NCBI GenBank assembly: GCA_951406725.2
Contig: OX597814.1
Span: 148,862,001 to 148,926,000 of the forward strand
Source of the DNA: Octopus vulgaris
Taxonomy: Eukaryota
Length of the DNA: 64,000 nucleotides
Direction of reading: 5' to 3'
Shown here: one piece after another, positions 56,914-64,000 of the stretch
Layout of the letters: every line of letters begins with the position of its first letter
Position numbering within the stretch: the stretch's first letter is position 1
Position numbers and translations under genes: made by a program
Notes under the pieces: model-generated
The model's input: only the letters and a program-made list of their open reading frames with translations
Told to the model about the DNA's origin: nothing
Database searches by the model: none

Positions 56914-56925
56914 CATTATTATTAT
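56545..56925. repeat. Compound (CAT)n/(CCT)n/(ATT)n microsatellite
   Basis: Direct inspection. It explains the poly-His/Pro/Ile ORF. Confidence 0.92.
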
Positions 56926-57349
56926 TGCTTTGTTTTTAATGTTGATGTTGTTATCGTTGCCGTTGTTGATTTTGCCGCTGCTTCTGCTTTTCATAATATC
57001 AACAACAGTTTCTAAATAAGGTGCAAAGCAACATTTTATTTAGAAATGACTGCGGTCGATTGAATCGACCTCCAATAGTTTACTGCCGATCCACTCATAA
57101 AGTTGGATAATACAAGAGAGTCGAAGAAGAAAAATGATGGAATGAAATCTGCAACGAACATATAAAGAGATAAAAGAAAATCTATAAAAACAGAATTCTA
57201 CTGCGTCTCAAATTAATGAAGTTAGCCAATTAAATTGTCCCCAGTATATGACCCTATAGGTTTGACCCCATAGGTTTGAGACATGAGGTTGATCTTCGAA
57301 ATATTGTAATTTATAAGGTACAGAATGTTTCTTTTTATCCTACTGTATA

Positions 57350-58760
57350 TTTTGAGATGACAGGTTTCTTCGGTTCTTCCATATGTGTATGTATTTCATC
57401 TCACATGTGAACAAGGCTATGGGACGCGTTATCAGAAGGGGGCTAATCGTATATTTCTAGGAAAATAAAACCATGCTCACGAACACGCAACATGCCTGAT
57501 ATTCAAGGAGAAGCAGCCTCATACAGTCATTACTGCATTTTGACAGAGAACTCAAACAATATTGGAGCCCACCCAAATGTGTATGTGATATATCGAATTC
57601 ACTTAGGCGTTCGACAAAGTTGTTTGTGGAGTGATATTTCATAAACCATCAGAACTGAAGCAACAGTTGTATGAATATTCAAAAAGTTATACGTTAGAGA
57701 GTCGCAGCTAATAATGCTCCCATTGAGCTGGCGTCAGTTTATACTAGCTTGAATAATGTTTGTGGTGACTCTCCTCAGTAATGCAGTCAGCCAGTCTCAC
57801 CCGATATGCTGATAAAACAACATATCGCAAACTATAATGATACCCTAAAACTGCTGTAAGATTTAGAGAAGGGTAGATGAAAATAACATGCATTTCAATG
57901 CTGAGAAATTTCAAGTATTCAACTATCGGCCCACAAACATATCGGAATACACAGAGACAGGAGGGTTGGATAATTCCAGAGTCAGATTTGGTGTGTGAAA
58001 TGTGAATCTGCGCAAGTAACGATGTAACATTCCATAGGCATATTTCCAAGTTTGAAACACTGTGCAGGAGTGGCTGATTGGATTCTGAGATCATTCAGAA
58101 CTAGGAAAGCTGATATCATAGTACTCCTACAAAGGACATTTATTCTCAGAGTACTTCTCTTAAAATGAGATCACTGTAGAGCGTCAACTAACAGTGGAAA
58201 CGCATGGCAATCCAATGCTCCTAAGAAAGATTGACATGGTGCAAAATCTGAGCTGCTATGACAGGCTAAAGGAACTGATGTTCTTCTCAGTTGAGAAAAG
58301 AGGCAACATTTCAAAATTAGAAGCTACATTCTCCAGGATCTTCCATATACATGCATGCATGTATGTTTGGGAATGAAAGCTATACCAACAACCGAAATGG
58401 ATGAGACCACATAGTACCAAAGTTTCCATCATCTCCATCTCGAGTACTGGCTCAGCACTTCCATAGTTTAGGCTTCATGGCTTACAAATTTTCAAATACT
58501 ATCTCAGAAATCTGAGAGGGGTAGCTGTGAATATTTTCAAAGAACATTTGTACAAATTTTCATCTCATGTAACCCACAGCACGACAAAAACACAAATAAG
58601 AGCAATTTAGTTCGAGTCTCGCAACTTCACCAGGAACACTTATGTAGGAAAATGCGGACAGTGATTGTTCCTTATTAACCAGTCATGTGAAAATGTGGTC
58701 TCACAGCATGGCAGCAATTTTACGTTGAAACTACTAAAGCTGAAAATGAAAATAAAAGTA
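57350..58760 (+). mobile_element. Old, decayed relative of the CR1/L2-group LINE (RT 3' part plus tail)
   Basis: Collinear remnants ISSHVNKAMGRVIRR, AFDKV and KIDMVQNLSCYDRLKELMFFSVEKR, then a tail-like cagcatggcagcaa...ttgaaact at ~58705-58732. Confidence 0.7.
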
Positions 58761-58795
58761 ACATTATACGTGTGAGTGTGTATGTGTACGTGTGC

Positions 58796-58843
<48 letters not shown>

Positions 58844-59220
58844 GAATACGAAGGTTTATTTTCTCTTATGTTACATGTATCAGTGCAAGATCACAAGTCT
58901 CTGTCTCATTTGTATGACGCTCTCTACACAAACAATCTTTATTCTTTGTTAGTCAATCACCGCAGTGTTATTCACTAGTACTCATGCAGCCAGAATGTGT
59001 AAAACATGAGTTAAAGTCATTCAAATACAACGCGCCAAAACTATTTAAATTCTTATCTCTAAGTCTAATGAGACAATTTCCGTGTTTAACCTTTTCCATT
59101 AATCATTTCCAAGTCCCACTTCAAATTCAATAGTGTATGTGTGTGTGTGTATGCATGTATGTGTGTGTATGCATGTATGTGTCTATCCATCCATCCGTCC
59201 GTCCATCCAGCCATCCATTC

Positions 59221-59302
<82 letters not shown>

Positions 59303-59316
59303 TTATCTATCTATCA

Positions 59317-59725
59317 CAGGAGTGGCTGTGTGGTAAGTAGCTTGTTTACCAACCACATGGTTCCGCGTTCAGTCTCACTGTGCGGCACCTTGGCAAGTGT
59401 CTTCTACTATAGCCTCGGGCCGACCAAAGCCTTGTGAGGGGATTTGGTAGACGGAAAATGAAAGAAGCCCGTCGTACATATGTATATATATATATATGCG
59501 TGTGTGTGTTTGTGTCTGTGTTTGTCCCCCTAGCATTGCTTGACAACCGATGCTGGTGTGTTTATATCCCCGTTACTTAGCGGTTCGGCAAAAGAGACCG
59601 ATAGAATAAGTACTGGGCTTACAAAAGAATAAGTCTCGGGGTCGAGTTGCTCGATTAAAAGGCGGTGCTCCAGTATGGCCGCAGTCAAATGACTGAAACA
59701 AGTAAAAGAGTAAAAGAGTAAAGAG
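59317..59725 (+). mobile_element. Full-length tRNA-derived SINE with a LINE-like 3' tail
   Basis: Box-A-like TGGCTGTGTGG, box-B-like GTTCAGTC and an internal (TA)/(TG) tract. The tail GGCGGTGCTCCAGTATGGCCGCAGTCAAATGACTGAAAC is followed by (GTAAAAGA)n. Multiple related copies occur in the window. Confidence 0.88.
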
Positions 59726-59747
59726 TATCTATTTATGTGTGTGCTTA

Positions 59748-59910
59748 TATGACGGGTTTCTTTCAGTTTCCGTCTTTAGAATCTATTCACAAAGCTTTAA
59801 ACGGGCCGAGGCTATAGTAAAGAACACTTGATCAAAATACCGCACAGTGAGATTGAACCTTAATACAAAACCCTATGACTTAGAAGCAAACTTCTTACAA
59901 CAGAGCCTTG
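59748..59910 (-). mobile_element. SINE 5' half (59317 family), inverted relative to the adjacent copy
   Basis: gacgggtttctttcagtttccgtc...ggccgaggctatagta..aacacttg..cagtgagattgaac is the reverse complement of 59325-59475. Confidence 0.75.
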
Positions 59911-59977
59911 CATGTGCCTATGTGTGTGTGTATGTGTGTGTCTGTTCTGTGTATGTGTGTGAGACTGTGTGTGTGCG

Positions 59978-60013
<36 letters not shown>

Positions 60014-60908
60014 TACGTGTGGTTGTGGGTGTGCGTGTGCGTATACGTGCGTGTGCGTGTGTAAACAATTCGAGTATATCATGAAAAAATGAAAACATTT
60101 TCTTTAGATGAATTAACAATAATTGAAAATTTGTTTCTGAGAAAAAGGTCCCAAAATGTAGGATTTCAAATAACACCCTCTAATTTCGGCATCAATAAAA
60201 GTATATGGTTATATACATTTATGTGCTATTCTATGTATGTTTTTATGCATGAACGTATGTATGTCTCTGTGCACTTATGTATGTATGGGGAATAATGTTA
60301 GATCCCAATTATCGGAATGAGACGAATGGCTATTTTCTTTCGATGGTAATAAGGCAACCTGAAAATGATTACGCAAAGAAACATGTTTACAGAATGTTTA
60401 TATCATTCGGTCAATAAAAGATTTTGCTTTTGTACTAACTTTGATGCATTTTCCCTATCATCTAGACCCAAATAATGTAGAAACTCGCTTTTGGTCGGCT
60501 GTGAAATGGCGTTTGTTTTTATTTTATTTATTTCCTATTTTTGCTTAGGCATGATAACAAACACGATTATACCTAAAAGGTATGTACTTGGGACGAAGTT
60601 AAAAAAAGTGATGAAATCACTACTGATTTAACATTCTTTGAAGTATGTGCGCCATTCATCTTATAAGTAAAATTTCTCTGAACACGTTTTAATGTGACCG
60701 ACTAAGATGAAAAGAACGTACCGAACGACACCGAGTACTTTAAATATCTTTTATCAAAACACGAGATCGACTTATTCATGTCGGCAAAATCTTTTAAATG
60801 TAACGTTGTACATGTTCTTCATTAATTCTCAGAAGTATATATATAAGTATATATTAACACGCGTGCGCACATGCACTCACAAGAATATATCTATCTCCCT
60901 GTCTGCCT

Positions 60909-60983
<75 letters not shown>

Positions 60984-61417
60984 TCATTTATCTATCTATC
61001 TGTCTGTCTATCTATTATATATATTTACACGTATACGCTCATGCATGTACACACATACATAGAGACAAGAGGAAATGGAATATCAGAAGATGTATTCAGT
61101 TCAGTCCAAAATTAATTGTTTCCTCATTTCTAGAAAATAATATCATCTGGCATGAATATGGCTACATCATATTAAGTTTAGTTTTAACATATTCATGCGA
61201 CGTAGCCGTAACGCAAAGTAAATGCCCCCAACATGTCAACAGTACCAATCAAGTTACCAACGGAAGTGAAAAATTATTTGCAATTTCGCCAAAACTTTTT
61301 TGAGGTTCGCTGCACTACCTTCAGCTCTTGTATGCAAAATAGTCATAAATAATCCTATGGTTACCTAAACTAGTTGAAAACTTTGGGTCAGTCCTATTTT
61401 TGTGTTACAGTGTAAGC

Positions 61418-61816
61418 ATGGCCGCTCAGCTAGTAGCATGCTCGAAGAAACAACAGACATCTGTGATTCAATTTCTCTGATCCGAAGGTGTATCCAGCGC
61501 TGAAATTCATTGCAGGCTTTCATTACAATACGAGGATAGTGATGTGCTGTGCAGAATTGTGTATGGGGGCATGAAGAAATTTGAAAATGGACGGAAAAGT
61601 GTGAATCACGAAGAGGGAGCAATAAGCCCATCAATTTGTACCACTGATCTGAAGATTCTACAGACTCGGAAGAAGGTTCTGGCGAACTGACGAGTGACTG
61701 ATGATGAGGTGGCATGTTCTCTACACATTTCTCATGGTTCAGCACAAAATCTTCCACGACAAATTTCGCTTCCTTAAAGTCTGTGCGAAATGGATGTCAA
61801 GAGAGCTTACCAAACA
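61418..61816 (+). pseudogene. Mariner transposase N-terminal (HTH) relic
   Basis: My translation with stops and a frameshift: MAAQLVACSKKQQTSVIQFL*SEGVSSAEIHCRL...KKFENGRKSVNHEE...RVTDDEVACSLHISHGSAQ...LKVCAKWMSRELT (cf. mariner KVCARWVPRxLT). Confidence 0.8.
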
Positions 61817-61980
61817 ATGTAATGAATAGGTTCATACAGTAGTACATAAGCGACTGTCTAAATTCTTCATTTATACAGACTGATACGAAATACGTTTATC
61901 TGTTTATTCTCCATCGCATTCGACCTTTGTCACTATCTCTCTCTATCAGCCTTCCCCTCCAAAATACCTGTCATCCCTCA

Positions 61981-62046
<66 letters not shown>

Positions 62047-62219
62047 ATTCTGATTTTTGTCCTTAGTCTTTCCACCATATCTCTCCTCAATCTTTTACTA
62101 TTCTCTTAAACATTTAGCAAATATTTCTTAGGAATTATATTTTTCACTATCAAATTCTATATTTTCTCTCTCCCAAACACACTACATATATATACTCAAT
62201 AACTCAAACATACGTTTCC

Positions 62220-62382
<163 letters not shown>

Positions 62383-63399
62383 AATATCTGTCTTTATGTC
62401 TGTCTTTCTGTCTGTCTATCTATCTCTCTATGTATCTATCTCTGTATCTTCTTTTTTTTCTGAACTTCTATTCATCTTTCTCATTCTGATTTTTTTCTGT
62501 ACATATTTTCTATTATGGCTACAACTACAAAGAATCTCTCTTTTCATTTGTACTCTTTCTTTCCCTCATAGACTTTTCTCTGTAGGCTTTTCACTTTATA
62601 TCCACATACCATCATATTCTTCCTGTCAATGTATTCTTCTTTAATCAACTACACCTTTCTCTCTCTTGCAATATTCGATTACATATTTCCCTTACGATTT
62701 CCTTCTCTTTTTTTTTATTTTTCTCTACTGAATTCAATATCATTCGCGATAACATTTCCACCTCTGCTACTTCCATTGATTCTCCCTTCCTCATTCCATT
62801 TCTCTTCTGCACTCGGACTATATAAATATTTACAGACCGTCATTAATTGATGTTGCCTCGAAGCTGTCACAGTAATCTACTGCTAGAAAACCTGTTTAAC
62901 ATTGCAATTGTTATGCTAGTGCTACACGACTCTACAGTGTATTTTCATTTTTTCCAGTTTTCTCTCATTCTTCTTTTTTTTTATTCGAATCTCTCCCTCA
63001 GTTTCTCCTCTCACCCCATTTTTTCGCTTTCTCGATCCATTCCTCTCTCACTCCAAAAATCAATTCTTTCTCCAAATTCTCATCGTTCACCAATCCACTT
63101 CCCTTTTCTCTTAATAATCAAAGCTCAATTCACTACTTCTATGATGTCATGCTAACTTAATTAATGACAAATACACGACGAAGAATGTCTTTGATCATTT
63201 GAGCAACATGCTACCTATGTAGCATTCATTATCGAAAAAGATTACGCATCTCCTTAGTTGAGGTCAACAGAATGTATTTTACGAAGCTCGAATATCAAAC
63301 CACTGTAATAAGTGCTACTTCAACTCCACTTGAACTAATTATATTGTAGAAAAAACCTCAAAAGAAATGTAATTGTATACAGGCTTCCATAAAATATGC

Positions 63400-63700
63400 C
63401 AACCCATATAATATGTTTTGATATTAAGCGTAGGAGTGACTGTGATCGTGATCGTGACAGGTTTTTCCAGATTGGTGCAAGCGATACTATTGCATCAACT
63501 CGAACTATTTTATCCGAGTCGGGGAAAATATGCTACAGTGAATACTATAGCGAACCACTGTTGCAAGGATGCAGAAACAAAGAGATTTTCGAGCAGAATT
63601 TTGGGGCTGAGACATGGAAACTTAGATAGGATGTTGAGAGATGGGCATCTCATAACTTTGGAGGAGATATACACGACACATTTTTGTTGAGACCATTTTC
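63400..63700 (+). mobile_element. Possible ancient CR1/L2 LINE relic
   Basis: KRFSSRILGLRHGNLDRMLRDGHLITLEE resembles QRRFTKxIxGLxxLSYxERLxxLxLxSLExR. Confidence 0.35.
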
Positions 63701-64000
63701 AGTCTCTCCTCCTTCCTGTCAATAACTCTTAACACTAAATTGACACTAAATTAATATTCTTCCACAAATACATGAGAATCTCTCCCGACGACCTGATTGC
63801 TTGTCCTTCGAATGTTTAATCTATAGTTTACAAAACTCAATTGGCAGTACTATCTTATCATTGTCTTTCAGACCCAGTTCAGTATGTAACAGGAGACTAA
63901 CGTTAGAAGCAGGAACTATTTTAGGATCCAAATTTTATCTACTCTAACATAATTACAATCACTGAAACAGTATTCGAGTTTTGGAGGAAATTATATATAA

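Noticed and set aside
56456-57019. 187-aa poly-His/Pro/Ile ORF
   Set aside because: It is a compound trinucleotide microsatellite with no domain content.

Overview
This is AT-rich, microsatellite-saturated eukaryotic (animal) DNA with no intact protein-coding gene that I can support. The SINE families and repeat density suggest an octopus (coleoid cephalopod) genome, but that is an inference. Most listed ORFs are translations of simple repeats. The real content is transposable elements: a near-complete but frameshifted CR1/L2-group LINE with a CCCH zinc finger (711-4220, minus), a Chapaev-3-type DNA transposon remnant (16.1-17.6 kb), a Penelope-like RT fragment, hAT and mariner relics, a Tigger-like MITE, many tRNA-derived SINEs, an R4/Dong-type 3' end inside (TAA)n, and an internally deleted Tx1/L1-clade element inside (TATC)n (41.4-44.8 kb). 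Three observations stand out. (1) A young non-coding 1.27-kb element at 38.5-39.8 kb has tandem plus inverted repeats carrying two copies of a minimal hammerhead-ribozyme-like motif (Penelope/retrozyme-like). (2) The LINE and a SINE family share a 3' tail whose stem-loop keeps its pairing despite sequence change. (3) Several retroelements sit in apparently specific microsatellites. Element boundaries were read by eye and are approximate.
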